From a virus (lineage: Duplodnaviria; Caudoviricetes), in IMG/VR virus record IMGVR_UViG_3300022682_000066, positions 816 to 64,815 of that record: a DNA stretch of 64,000 nucleotides. One strand, written 5' to 3'. The translations under genes were made by a program, and so were the position numbers. Position 1 is the stretch's first letter; each line of letters starts with the position of its first letter. Under the pieces are notes generated by a model, which did not search any database, was not told the origin of the DNA, and saw only the letters and a list, made by a program, of their open reading frames with translations. This document shows, one piece after another, positions 19,182 to 28,900 of the stretch.

Positions 19182-19622
19182 ATGGCTTCCAATGCCTTTT
19201 CTGGCGTCGGAACTTCGCTGTACCGGAACGACCCGGCGACGGGTTGGGGCACGATCTCCGAGGTGAACAACATCAGCGGTCCCACCATGACCAGGGACTT
19301 CATCGATGTGACCAGTCTCGATTCGATCGAGGGGTACCGCGAGTTCATCACCGGTTTCCGGGATGCCGGGGAGGTCACGTTCGACATGAACATGACCAAT
19401 GCCAACTACGATCAGCTGGTGGTGGATTTCGAGTCCAACACCAAACGCGAGTACAAGATCGTCCTGCCGGATGACGACGAGTCCACTCTGTCGTTCTCCG
19501 GTCTGGTCACTGGCATTCCCCTGAACATCCCCATGGATGACAAGGTCACCGTGAGCGTGACCATCAAACTGTCGGGGCCGACCGACTTCTACGCCGGCTC
19601 GACCACGACCACCACGTCCTAG
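19182..19622 (+). CDS. major tail tube protein
   Basis: IDVTSLDS..GYREFITGFRDAGEVTF, TIKLSG; ends STTTTTS. Confidence 0.9.
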   Translation: MASNAFSGVGTSLYRNDPATGWGTISEVNNISGPTMTRDFIDVTSLDSIEGYREFITGFRDAGEVTFDMNMTNANYDQLVVDFESNTKREYKIVLPDDDESTLSFSGLVTGIPLNIPMDDKVTVSVTIKLSGPTDFYAGSTTTTTS

Positions 19623-19638
19623 TGGTGTTAGGAGAGGT

Positions 19639-20919
19639 GTGATGGAACATAAGCCGAAGATCGGCATTCTGACGCACTTCAATTCGTACCAGGCCGGGTA
19701 CGCTCTTTCCGTCGGATGGAATGAGCGTGCCCGGCTACTGGAATACCACGAGCAGGACTTTGACTTCTTGGTCAACGAGACCTGTCCGGAGGGGTTGTAT
19801 CCCCACCAGTTGAATGTGCTCGGCCGTATGCCCAAAGACAAACCTTTCGAAAAACGTGCCCGTTTCTTTCGCAAGAATTATCGTCAGGTACTTGAGCCTT
19901 ACGATGTGATCTTGACAGCAGATCTGATCTACCAGCGGAAGAATAATTTCCTAGCGTGGAATCAAGCCATGCGCTGGGTGAATGAAGATTTCAAAGTTCG
20001 TGGTATGAATAAGCGTTGGTTCCATTGGATCCACTCTGCTTTCACGAACAGAGATACCCGCGCCGGGTATCCTGACAATTTGCGTTTTCAGCCGATGGAC
20101 AATTCCACGTTGGTCTACATGAACGAAAGTGAAAAGACCGGGCTTGCTGCTATGTACGGTGTCAAGCCTGAGCAGGTTGCTTGCGTTTTCAACCCCAAGG
20201 ACTTCCGCTCGTTTCACAATTTCCATCCGTATGCGTGGGAGATCACGAAGCTGATGGACTTTGCGAACAAGGACTACATTCAACTCATGCCGTTCTGCAC
20301 GACTCGTGGCGATGCCAAGGGTGTGCTGGAAGCGATTGAGGTTGCAGCGACCCTCAAGCGGATGGGCAAGAAGGTTGCGTTGGTACTTGCCAACGCAAAC
20401 GCTCGGCGACAGGGAGGCGAGATTGCGAAGAAGAACCACATGATGGAGAAGCTGGGTCTTGTTCGGTGCCGCCCGTCAGACGGTCCCGGACAGAAAGCCG
20501 ATTACATCTGGACGTCCGATCTCGTTGAGCGCCAGGGGCCGTTGCCGCGCGAAGCGGTGGCAAATCTGTTCCTTTGCTCCAACTACTTTGTCTTTGGTAG
20601 CTGGCGTGAGGTCTGTCCCAACGTGCTGCTGGAGGCTCGTATCAACGGTAACTTCGTTGTCGTTAATCAGAATACCGCTCCGTTAGTTGAGTTTGCGGGG
20701 CCTTTTTCTGGGACGTTTTCTGCCCCGTCGAAGATGCCGGGTGTCCCTGATCATGCACCTGGGGAGATGCGTCGAAAGGCTATGCGTCAATACGATTATG
20801 AGCAGATCGCGAAGGCGGTTATCGAGAAAGCCCCCAGCCGGAAGCATCTCTGGGCGTTCAGCTTTGAGCAAATCTGGCACAAGCAACTGCGTCCGCTTAT
20901 CTACGGAGACTGGCAATGA
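19639..20919 (+). CDS. GT-B fold glycosyltransferase (GT4-like)
   Basis: KIGILTH N-terminus, DAKGV, FVFGSWREVCPNVLLEA (E-x7-E), PLVEF. Confidence 0.75.
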   Translation: MMEHKPKIGILTHFNSYQAGYALSVGWNERARLLEYHEQDFDFLVNETCPEGLYPHQLNVLGRMPKDKPFEKRARFFRKNYRQVLEPYDVILTADLIYQRKNNFLAWNQAMRWVNEDFKVRGMNKRWFHWIHSAFTNRDTRAGYPDNLRFQPMDNSTLVYMNESEKTGLAAMYGVKPEQVACVFNPKDFRSFHNFHPYAWEITKLMDFANKDYIQLMPFCTTRGDAKGVLEAIEVAATLKRMGKKVALVLANANARRQGGEIAKKNHMMEKLGLVRCRPSDGPGQKADYIWTSDLVERQGPLPREAVANLFLCSNYFVFGSWREVCPNVLLEARINGNFVVVNQNTAPLVEFAGPFSGTFSAPSKMPGVPDHAPGEMRRKAMRQYDYEQIAKAVIEKAPSRKHLWAFSFEQIWHKQLRPLIYGDWQ

Positions 20920-21440
20920 TTGTGAAGCAGGTCACCGCACGAAGGGACCCTCCGCAGGTTTACGTGGTGCTAGGTATGCACCGCTCGGCCACCAGTGCGG
21001 CGGCCTTTGCTTTGCATCAGATCGGGATTGAAATGAACGGCGGTAAGTTCCATTGCGAGGATCTCGATATCATGCGCCTGAACGATAGGATCCTCAAAGC
21101 CGCCGGGGGCACCTGGGATACACCTCCTCGTCGTTCTGCCATTCTCGGCGTTGAGCAGCTTTTCCGCGATGAGATAGCATACCTAGTAGCCCTACGGTAC
21201 AAACAGGCAAGACAGGCTGAGGGAAAGTGGGGGTTCAAGGATCCGCGCGTTTGCTTGACTTACGATTTGTGGCGCCCCAGCCTTGTCAAGCCCATCCTGT
21301 TGGTGATGTACCGCGATGTTGAACAAGTGGCTGCCAGCTTGCGAAAACGGAACGGGTTCTCGATTGATTTTGGAATTGCGTTGGCACAAGAGTACAACCG
21401 ACGTATTTCTGGAATTCTCGAAAGGGAGGGGTTGTGTTGA
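20916..21440 (+). CDS. sulfotransferase-family protein
   Basis: VLGMHRSATSA, WGFKDPR, YRDVEQVAASL. Confidence 0.8.
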   Translation: MIVKQVTARRDPPQVYVVLGMHRSATSAAAFALHQIGIEMNGGKFHCEDLDIMRLNDRILKAAGGTWDTPPRRSAILGVEQLFRDEIAYLVALRYKQARQAEGKWGFKDPRVCLTYDLWRPSLVKPILLVMYRDVEQVAASLRKRNGFSIDFGIALAQEYNRRISGILEREGLC

Positions 21441-22225
21441 TGCTCGCCAAAGAGCTGAACGATCTGCACTTGGGGCGGACTGTTTACGTGGTCGGTGCCG
21501 GCCCGCAGCTTTGCGATCTGTCCTCCGATCAGATTGAGGCTCTTGCGTTTCGTCCGAGTATCGGGCTCAACGGCGTGCCCCATAAGGTCCCGACCTCGTT
21601 CTTTTTGAGCGGGTATATGTGCATGTGCCTTCTCGCAATGCAGGAATATCAGCGATTGGGGAGGGTGGACGATACGGTTATTCTGAATCTCAAAATCGGG
21701 AAGGTGTCCCATTTCTGGCATCAGGGGTTCTACCGGGTGCAGAAACAGCGGTTTGATCCTGAGCACGGGCTTCCCAGCGGCTTCCAGTCCCGCCCGCGTC
21801 TCTGTACGAATAAGAACGGGGCACTTGCCGCCACTCACCTTGCCCATATTCTCGGTGCTTCGAAGATTGCGTTTGTCGGGGTCGAGTTTTCTTCTGGGGT
21901 GCATTATTATCACGTTGATCAGAAGATCAACGAACGTATCTACAAGGATGTGTTGAAGCTCCGGAAGCGTAGCCCGCGGCATCACCGGACGATGGCTCGT
22001 CTTGAACAGCAATTTCGTCCGCGGCCGGAGCCCGTTGACCGGAATCGTGAGTCTGCCTTCTTGCCGGGTGGTGGGGTGGATAAGATATTGAAGACACTTT
22101 GGCATTACAAAATGATCTGTCAAGAGCGCGGTGTTGAATTTGTCAATACCGCAGAAAACTCTCGGCTTGGTGATATCGGCATTCCATACAAGCCCCTTTC
22201 GGAGGTGCTCGATGAAGAAACTTGA
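21434..22225 (+). CDS. Maf/DUF115- or sialyltransferase-like nucleotide-sugar transferase
   Basis: VYVVGAGPQL, IGLN, AHILGASKIAFVGVEF, HYY. Confidence 0.6.
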   Translation: MLMLAKELNDLHLGRTVYVVGAGPQLCDLSSDQIEALAFRPSIGLNGVPHKVPTSFFLSGYMCMCLLAMQEYQRLGRVDDTVILNLKIGKVSHFWHQGFYRVQKQRFDPEHGLPSGFQSRPRLCTNKNGALAATHLAHILGASKIAFVGVEFSSGVHYYHVDQKINERIYKDVLKLRKRSPRHHRTMARLEQQFRPRPEPVDRNRESAFLPGGGVDKILKTLWHYKMICQERGVEFVNTAENSRLGDIGIPYKPLSEVLDEET

Positions 22226-22805
22226 TGTCGTGGGGATGATGGCGATCAGCGATTTCGAAATGGCCCCGGTGATGGTGGCTGATTTGTGCCAATACTGCAC
22301 GAAAGTGATTCTGCGATTCGATGCGAACAGCGGGAACAAAAAGATATTCAAGGAATGCTGTGCTGCGGTGCCGGATAGTATCCCCTTACTCGGTATTCGC
22401 GGCCGTGAACGCTGGAATCGGTGGAATTGGCGGGAACAGCTTATTCGAGCCGCTGACCCGATCAAGCCGGATTACGTTCTCTTTCTCGACAGCGACGAGC
22501 AGTACGATCCGGAGAACTTCCGCCGGGACTTCGAGAATTTCGTTGCAGTGGACCGCGACCTCATGATGTTCGATTACGAAATGGTCACCGACGACGGGCG
22601 GCGTGTCCAGAAGTATCCTCGTGCCCGTCACTGTAAGGCTTTCAAGTGGATGCCCGGGATCGGCTATCGGCCCTATAAGGGGTTCGCCCGTCCCGTGATC
22701 CCCAAGCGAACTTTTGAAGCGTATAAGGCCGAGTCAAGGATCTACCATTACTGTTTCTACACGAAGGAAATGGAGCAGTGGAAACTCAAGCACCTGCATA
22801 AGTAG
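22212..22805 (+). CDS. GT-A fold glycosyltransferase (GT2-like)
   Basis: DYVLFLDSDE (DxD), RIYHY; ATG 22212 with GGAGG RBS. Confidence 0.72.
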   Translation: MKKLDVVGMMAISDFEMAPVMVADLCQYCTKVILRFDANSGNKKIFKECCAAVPDSIPLLGIRGRERWNRWNWREQLIRAADPIKPDYVLFLDSDEQYDPENFRRDFENFVAVDRDLMMFDYEMVTDDGRRVQKYPRARHCKAFKWMPGIGYRPYKGFARPVIPKRTFEAYKAESRIYHYCFYTKEMEQWKLKHLHK

Positions 22806-22822
22806 CAGGAAGGAGCAAGGCG

Positions 22823-23308
22823 ATGGAACAGAACGAAAAGGCTCTTGAAGTCAAGCAGGGGGAAGATCTCCAGGACGAGCAGGTTGCCGAGTCGCAGCCC
22901 AAGCAGCCCCAGAAGCACTATCCCACCAGGGAGGAGATTCTGAAGGCTCGCACCTGCAAAACCAAGGACATCTACGTCGAGGAATTCGGCGGGTGGATTC
23001 GTATTCGCGAGCTCACTGCCGATGACCGAGATCGGTACGACATGTTCTTGTTCGAGAAGGGGCAGGCAAAGAGTCTGGAAGAACGCTGTGGTATGCGCGC
23101 CTATTTGGTGTGGCTTTGCACAGTGGATCCGAAGGGCCGCCGAATGTTCCTTTACAACGATCTGAAGCAGCTGGGTAAGAAGAGCTACTCTGCTCTCGGG
23201 AAGCTCTACAAGGCTGCCCAGGATATCTCGGGGCTCGGACCGAGAGGCGTTGAGGCGGCAAAGGAGGATTTCGTCAAAGGCCAGAGCGACGATTCCTTTT
23301 CCGACTAG
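22823..23308 (+). CDS. tail assembly chaperone (gpG-like)
   Basis: VEEFGGWIRIRELTADDRD; upstream of the tape measure gene. Confidence 0.8.
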   Translation: MEQNEKALEVKQGEDLQDEQVAESQPKQPQKHYPTREEILKARTCKTKDIYVEEFGGWIRIRELTADDRDRYDMFLFEKGQAKSLEERCGMRAYLVWLCTVDPKGRRMFLYNDLKQLGKKSYSALGKLYKAAQDISGLGPRGVEAAKEDFVKGQSDDSFSD

Positions 23309-23658
23309 CTCTGGCCCTAGGCAAATCCGTTGAAGAGTTGTTGGGGTCGATGACATCGAAGGAGTTGACAGAATGGAAGGCGTTTTACGAATTGGAGCCC
23401 TTTGGACGCACGGCCGAGGACATGCGGGGCGGCATCCTCGCCAGTCTGCTTGCGAACATTCACAGGGACCCCAAGAAGCGAAGCAAGCCTTATCTGGCAA
23501 TGGACTTCATGCCCGATTACGATGGCTCGCGCAAACCTGCGCCGAAGAAACAAAGTGTTGAGCAGATGAGGGAAGCTCTGAAGGCGATTCATCAGGGTTC
23601 TAAGAAGAGTAAGAAGCCCAGGCGAGTTCGAGTAGCGAAAAAGCGAGGTAAGAAATGA
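23266..23658 (+). CDS. tail chaperone gpT-like segment, probably reached by -1 frameshift
   Basis: -1 frame reads RRFLFRLALALGKSVEELLGSMTSKELTEWKAFYELEPFG; candidate slip site G GAT TTC at 23266-23272. Confidence 0.75.
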   Translation, partial: GFRQRPERRFLFRLALALGKSVEELLGSMTSKELTEWKAFYELEPFGRTAEDMRGGILASLLANIHRDPKKRSKPYLAMDFMPDYDGSRKPAPKKQSVEQMREALKAIHQGSKKSKKPRRVRVAKKRGKK

Positions 23659-26270
23659 ATATCGGGAATCTTGTTGCTCACCTGCGGTTAGACTCTAACG
23701 TGCTGCGGGCGGATCTGGCCCGAGCAGGGGCTTCTATGAAAGCCTTTGGTGCTCGTACCGATCGGATGCTCAACAACATGCAGAGTAGTATCATGTCCGT
23801 GCAGGGCGCCTTTGCCGCTCTCGGCATTGGCGTTGCTGTGCGGAGTGTTGTTAATGACTTCTCTGTGTTAGACAAGGGTTTGATTGGAATCCGTAAGACC
23901 ACGAATATCACGGGACCGGCTCTCGAACAGTTGGGCAAAGATATTCAGAAAATTGGTCGTGAATTGCCGGTGCCTACGGCTGAGCTTTTAGAGATTGCTC
24001 AGGCTGCTGGACAGTTGGGTGTTCAGGGAGCGGATAATATTCTCAAATTCACCAATACAGTTGCGATGCTTGGTACCGCTTCTGACTTGGCTGGTGCTGA
24101 TGCAGCAATGACACTGGCACGACTGCTTGCCGTTACTGGGGAGTCAGCGGATCAAGTTGATGTTCTTGGTTCGGTTATCGTCGAACTCGGTAACAATATG
24201 GCGGCAACTGAAAGTGAAATTGCTGAGGTTGGTACTGCGGTTGCACAGTCAACGGCAGCCTTCCAGGTATCTTCTGCGGAAGCCGTTGCGATGGGCGCCG
24301 CCATGCGATCGATGGGGATCCAATCTGAGATTGCTGGTACTGCGACTGGTCGGACACTTCGGATGATCGAGGATGCCATTGTGTCCGGTGGCGATAAGAT
24401 GGAGAATCTTGTTGAGATCATGGGGATGGGGGCTGACGAAATTGCCCAGGCTTTTGAGGAACGTCCGATGGACGTTTTCCGTCAGTTCTTACGCGGTCTC
24501 AATGATATCGTGGTATCGGGCGGATCTGCGGCCAAGACGTTGGAAGTCTTTGGATTGCAGGACCAGCGACTGCTTCGTGTCCTGCCTACACTCGCTACGA
24601 ATATCAATCAGGTCGATTTGGCGTTCAATCTTGCTTCTGAGGAGGTTAGTAAGAACACGGCACTCACAAAGGAAGCGATGGCCGCTTCTGAAAGTTTTGC
24701 TGGGCAGATGCAGATTATGGGTAACCGAATTGATGAAGTCGGTGCCAAGTTGGGAAAGACACTTGCTCCGGCACTTCTGACCGCCACGGAGACTTTGATC
24801 AATTTCACGCATCACGGGTATCAGGCATTGCAGATGCTTGGTGAGATGATCGCCGGTAGGGTGGGGTTCTTTGATAAGGAAATGTGGAATGCTGATGCCG
24901 CAGATGCGTATCTTAACGATGAAGTCGCCCGTGCGAAGAAGTTGCTAGAAGAGTTGGAGAATAACAACATCGACGCGATGCGTGACGGTATCTTCGACTT
25001 CAGGGCGATTAGTGTCGAGGATATTGAGGCACAGAAGAAGCAACTTCGAGACTTTATTCGAATGAATGAAGAGGCGGCGAGGGCTGCCAAAATCAACGAA
25101 AGTATTACGTCTTCTGCAGATGCAGTCGATTATCGTCCAGGCATGCCCGATCTTTCCAAAACCGGCGGTGGTGATGGTTCACCTCCCCCGCGTCCCGATC
25201 CGTTTGGTGGTCGTGATTTTGTCTTTGATGATGCCGAGTCTGAGGCTGCGAAGCAGAAGTCTCTGCTCGACCAACGGATGAATATGTTACGGCAATGGGA
25301 AGATGCCGTTAATCGTTCGACTATGAACGAGGTTGATTACACTCGTTGGGCCGCTGATCAGGAGCTTGAGATTTTCAAGGAAAGCGAAGCCTGGTTGAAT
25401 GCTTCGCAGACTGAGCGCGACAGCATTGTGGCGGCCCATGCCAAATACCGTGAGCAGGTTGTTCTCGATACTGAGGAGAATGTTGCTGAAGAGCGGAAGC
25501 GTCTCCTTGAGGATTTCAACGACGATTACATTCGCACAGTGGTCGGTCAGACGCAGGCCGAAATCATGGCGATCAATGAGCGGGCGGAAGAATTGCGGAA
25601 GGCAGCCCAGGGCAACGCCGAGGAGCTTATCAAAATTGCCGAGTGGCGTGAGTCTGAGATCACCCGTATCATGGAAGAGCACGAAGAGGACCGGCTCGAG
25701 AATTCCAAGCTCGCTGTGGACGGGATGAAGCGGGCGCTGCAAAGCTACGTTGAGGATGTGGAAGATCATGGTGCGATTATGGAAGCAGCGACGACCAAGG
25801 CTCTCAAGGGGATGAAGGATGCCCTTGTTGAGTTTGCTACCACTGGTAAGCTGGAGTTCAGTGATTTGGTGGATTCCGTTATTGCTGACATGACTCGAAT
25901 GGCCGCCCAGCAAGTGACGGGTCAGCTTGCAGGAGGTTTTCTCGGTGGTATGGGCGGGGGAGGTCGTCGCGGAGGTGGTGGCGGGTTCCTCGGCGGCATC
26001 ATGAATTTGTTCGGCTTCGTGCAGGGCGGCTCATTCCCAGTGAATGCTTCTACCAGCATGGGTACAGTGCCTGGTGTGGACAACCGACTGATCGCTTTCC
26101 GTGCTAGGGACGGTGAGGAAGTTTCCGTCACTCCACGGGGCGGGCAGAAGAGCGGTCAAGTCACGATGTATATCAATACACCGGATGCGAACAGCTTCCG
26201 GCGTTCACAGAATCAGATTATGACGAAGGCAAGCCAGGCCTTGAGCCGGGCACAAGGGAGGAACGGGTAA
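23655..26270 (+). CDS. tape measure protein
   Basis: 871 aa, Ala-rich helical; TP901-type core EIAQAAGQLG, LGNNMAATESEI. Confidence 0.93.
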   Translation: MNIGNLVAHLRLDSNVLRADLARAGASMKAFGARTDRMLNNMQSSIMSVQGAFAALGIGVAVRSVVNDFSVLDKGLIGIRKTTNITGPALEQLGKDIQKIGRELPVPTAELLEIAQAAGQLGVQGADNILKFTNTVAMLGTASDLAGADAAMTLARLLAVTGESADQVDVLGSVIVELGNNMAATESEIAEVGTAVAQSTAAFQVSSAEAVAMGAAMRSMGIQSEIAGTATGRTLRMIEDAIVSGGDKMENLVEIMGMGADEIAQAFEERPMDVFRQFLRGLNDIVVSGGSAAKTLEVFGLQDQRLLRVLPTLATNINQVDLAFNLASEEVSKNTALTKEAMAASESFAGQMQIMGNRIDEVGAKLGKTLAPALLTATETLINFTHHGYQALQMLGEMIAGRVGFFDKEMWNADAADAYLNDEVARAKKLLEELENNNIDAMRDGIFDFRAISVEDIEAQKKQLRDFIRMNEEAARAAKINESITSSADAVDYRPGMPDLSKTGGGDGSPPPRPDPFGGRDFVFDDAESEAAKQKSLLDQRMNMLRQWEDAVNRSTMNEVDYTRWAADQELEIFKESEAWLNASQTERDSIVAAHAKYREQVVLDTEENVAEERKRLLEDFNDDYIRTVVGQTQAEIMAINERAEELRKAAQGNAEELIKIAEWRESEITRIMEEHEEDRLENSKLAVDGMKRALQSYVEDVEDHGAIMEAATTKALKGMKDALVEFATTGKLEFSDLVDSVIADMTRMAAQQVTGQLAGGFLGGMGGGGRRGGGGGFLGGIMNLFGFVQGGSFPVNASTSMGTVPGVDNRLIAFRARDGEEVSVTPRGGQKSGQVTMYINTPDANSFRRSQNQIMTKASQALSRAQGRNG

Positions 26271-26875
26271 TGGCAAGTTTCCACGAAGTGCGTCTCCCGG
26301 TGGATATTGAGGTTGGGGCAGTAGGAGGCCCGCAGTTCAATACGACCATCCTCGAGCTCTATTCTGGTTACGAGCAGCGCAATATCAATTGGGAGAAGGT
26401 TCGCGGGCGTTGGGATCTTTCGTATGCAGTCCGCGGTATGGATGATATGGACGATCTGATAGCCTTTTTCTACGCAAGGCAGGGGAGGGCCTACGGATTC
26501 CGGTTCAAGGATTGGACAGACTACGAAATCGCCTCGATTCAGGCTATTGGGACTGGCGACGGGTCGACTACCGCGTTCCAAGCCTACAAGCGATACAGTT
26601 CTGGCGGGCACTACTACGATCGCACCTTGTCCAAACTTGTGTCGGGGACCGTGACTGTTTACGAAGATGGTGTGCCGTCCGCTCCCCAGCCTACTGTTAA
26701 TGTCAACACGGGAGTGATCACATTTGCCGCAGCACCAGCTCTCGGGGTGGTTGTCGGGCTTGTTTGTGAGTTTGATCTCCCGGTGCGGTTTGATATGGAC
26801 CACTTGCAAGTCAGGGCGATCGGGATCGAACTTGAGTCCCTTCCACAAATCGACATCGTGGAGATTCGCGTATGA
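26270..26875 (+). CDS. distal tail protein (DUF2460-like)
   Basis: FHEVRLP, GGPQFNT, FFYARQGRAYGFRFKDW, FDLPVRFD. Confidence 0.9.
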   Translation: MASFHEVRLPVDIEVGAVGGPQFNTTILELYSGYEQRNINWEKVRGRWDLSYAVRGMDDMDDLIAFFYARQGRAYGFRFKDWTDYEIASIQAIGTGDGSTTAFQAYKRYSSGGHYYDRTLSKLVSGTVTVYEDGVPSAPQPTVNVNTGVITFAAAPALGVVVGLVCEFDLPVRFDMDHLQVRAIGIELESLPQIDIVEIRV

Positions 26876-28485
26876 AGACGATAGACTCTGCACTTCAATC
26901 GCATCTTGAAGAAGAAGTTACCACGCTTGCGACCTGCTGGCATATCACTCGGCAGGATGGTGTCGAGTTTTTCTTCACGGATCATGATGTGGATTTGACT
27001 GTAGACGGTGACGACTACATCAGCGCCTACAGCTACAATCGAACCGCGATTGCGAATGATTCAAGTCTTGCAGTAGACAATCTCGATCTTGTCGGTATTC
27101 TGGAATCCTCGGAGATTAGTGCCACCGAAATCCGGGCGGGGTTGTTCGATTATGCAGAGGTCGAAATCTTCCTTGTCAATTGGGCCGATCTTTCGCAGGG
27201 CATCCTGAAGATGCGGAAGGGGTATCTCGGTGAGGCGGTGCTGACTGAGACAGGCTTTTTCAAGGCTGAGCTTCGTGGTCTCACACAGGTTTTGTCGCAA
27301 CGCATCGTAGAGCTGTACTCGCCTTCTTGCCGTGCTGATCTCGGCGATGACCGTTGCGGTTTTGATCTTGAGGCTTCGGGGGTCTGGACTGCGGATACCG
27401 TGTATGCACTCGGCGCGACAGTCTACCCGACAGAGGATTCGCGAGACACGCCGTTCGTGCCTGAGTTTGTTGCCCTCACAAACCCTGGGGCGGAAACGAA
27501 CGATTTCACAGGCTGGACCACTACAGGCTCTCCCACTACTCGTTCGGCGTGGGCCGGGCTGCTCCCGTTCTTAGGCGACTACTTTTTCTCGGGTAATGCG
27601 GCCAGCGGGTCGATGTATCAAGATGTGACAATTCCGGTGGATAGTACGTCGAGCAGTTCGTCTTCAAGCACAAGCTCGTCTACCAGTAGCAGTACCACAA
27701 CGACTGCCGCTCCCGATCTTGAGAAGGCGACATTTGGTGCAATGCTCGCCCAGCCAGAGCTTTCAGGTGGGGACACCATCCGGATGACACTTTATGCTCT
27801 CGACGCTTTGAATGCGGTGCTAGATTCCGAGACAACTGGGGACCTGACGATGGGTGCCGCTGACACCTGGGAGCGGCACGAAGTAGAGCTTGATCTCCCG
27901 GTTGATGCTGTGAAGGTGCGTTGTGAGGTATCCTGGGTCAAGGGGAGCACCGCGTTCGCGTATGCTGCTATTGATGCCGCTTACTTGTTCATCGGGGATA
28001 CCGAAACTGTGGACAAGGGCGATTTGCTGTTTGAGTGTACGACAGCGGGGACCAGCGACAGTGCGGAGCCTACGTGGCCGGGGGTTGCTGGGGGCACTGT
28101 AACGGATAACACCGTTGTCTGGACTGCCCGAGATCAGAAGACGGCATTCTCGTCCGTCGCCACGTACATTGATCGAAAGACATTCATCGGGGTCAATCTT
28201 TCGACGACGGACGATTTCTACAACGGTGGGTTGATTACCTGGATCACCGGAGACAATGCCGGCCGGTCGATGGAAGTGAAAGATTTCGATGGAGGCAACG
28301 GGCAGATCACACTTCATCTTCCACTTCCTTATGCGGCTCAAGCTGGAGACGTTTTCAAAATCTATCCGGGTTGTGATAAGCGTCTTGAAACGTGCCGGGA
28401 TACGTTCGACAATATCCTCAATTTCAGGGGAGAGCCGTTCATCCCAGGTACAGACGAGTATTTGAGGTATCCCGATGCCAAGTAG
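26872..28485 (+). CDS. tail hub protein (DUF2163/BR0599-like) with large insertion
   Basis: TLATCWHITRQDG..FTDHD, CRADLGDDRC, GCDKRLETC..F.NILNFRGEPFIPG. Confidence 0.9.
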   Translation: MKTIDSALQSHLEEEVTTLATCWHITRQDGVEFFFTDHDVDLTVDGDDYISAYSYNRTAIANDSSLAVDNLDLVGILESSEISATEIRAGLFDYAEVEIFLVNWADLSQGILKMRKGYLGEAVLTETGFFKAELRGLTQVLSQRIVELYSPSCRADLGDDRCGFDLEASGVWTADTVYALGATVYPTEDSRDTPFVPEFVALTNPGAETNDFTGWTTTGSPTTRSAWAGLLPFLGDYFFSGNAASGSMYQDVTIPVDSTSSSSSSSTSSSTSSSTTTTAAPDLEKATFGAMLAQPELSGGDTIRMTLYALDALNAVLDSETTGDLTMGAADTWERHEVELDLPVDAVKVRCEVSWVKGSTAFAYAAIDAAYLFIGDTETVDKGDLLFECTTAGTSDSAEPTWPGVAGGTVTDNTVVWTARDQKTAFSSVATYIDRKTFIGVNLSTTDDFYNGGLITWITGDNAGRSMEVKDFDGGNGQITLHLPLPYAAQAGDVFKIYPGCDKRLETCRDTFDNILNFRGEPFIPGTDEYLRYPDAK

Positions 28486-28900
28486 AAGTGATATTGTCGA
28501 AGCTGCTCGCATGTATCTCGATTGTCCTTGGCGTCATCAGGGGCGGTCGGAACAAGGAATTGATTGCGCTGGCGTGATTGTGTGCGCCTTGCGTGACGTC
28601 GGTTTGCCTGCTCCGGATCGGACCGACTATCAACGCCGCACCGCTGGGACGAGATTCATCAAGCATTTCGAAAAGCACGGTATCAGAATTTCGGTTGGGG
28701 AGATGCGTCCTGGAGATGTCGCGGTTTTTCGCGAGCCTGCATTTCCTTGCCATACCGCGTTGGTTAGCGAAAAGAACGGGCAACGCCATATGATTCACGG
28801 TCATCTTCGGCGGCGCAAGGTCGTTGAGGAACTGTTTGATGGATATTGGGAGCAATACTTGATCGCCGTGTTTCGTGTTCCGGGTCTTGAGGAGGACTAA
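28475..28900 (+). CDS. NlpC/P60 tail-tip peptidase
   Basis: PWRHQGR..GIDCAG, PGDVAVF, HTAL, MIH. Confidence 0.9.
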   Translation: MPSRSDIVEAARMYLDCPWRHQGRSEQGIDCAGVIVCALRDVGLPAPDRTDYQRRTAGTRFIKHFEKHGIRISVGEMRPGDVAVFREPAFPCHTALVSEKNGQRHMIHGHLRRRKVVEELFDGYWEQYLIAVFRVPGLEED

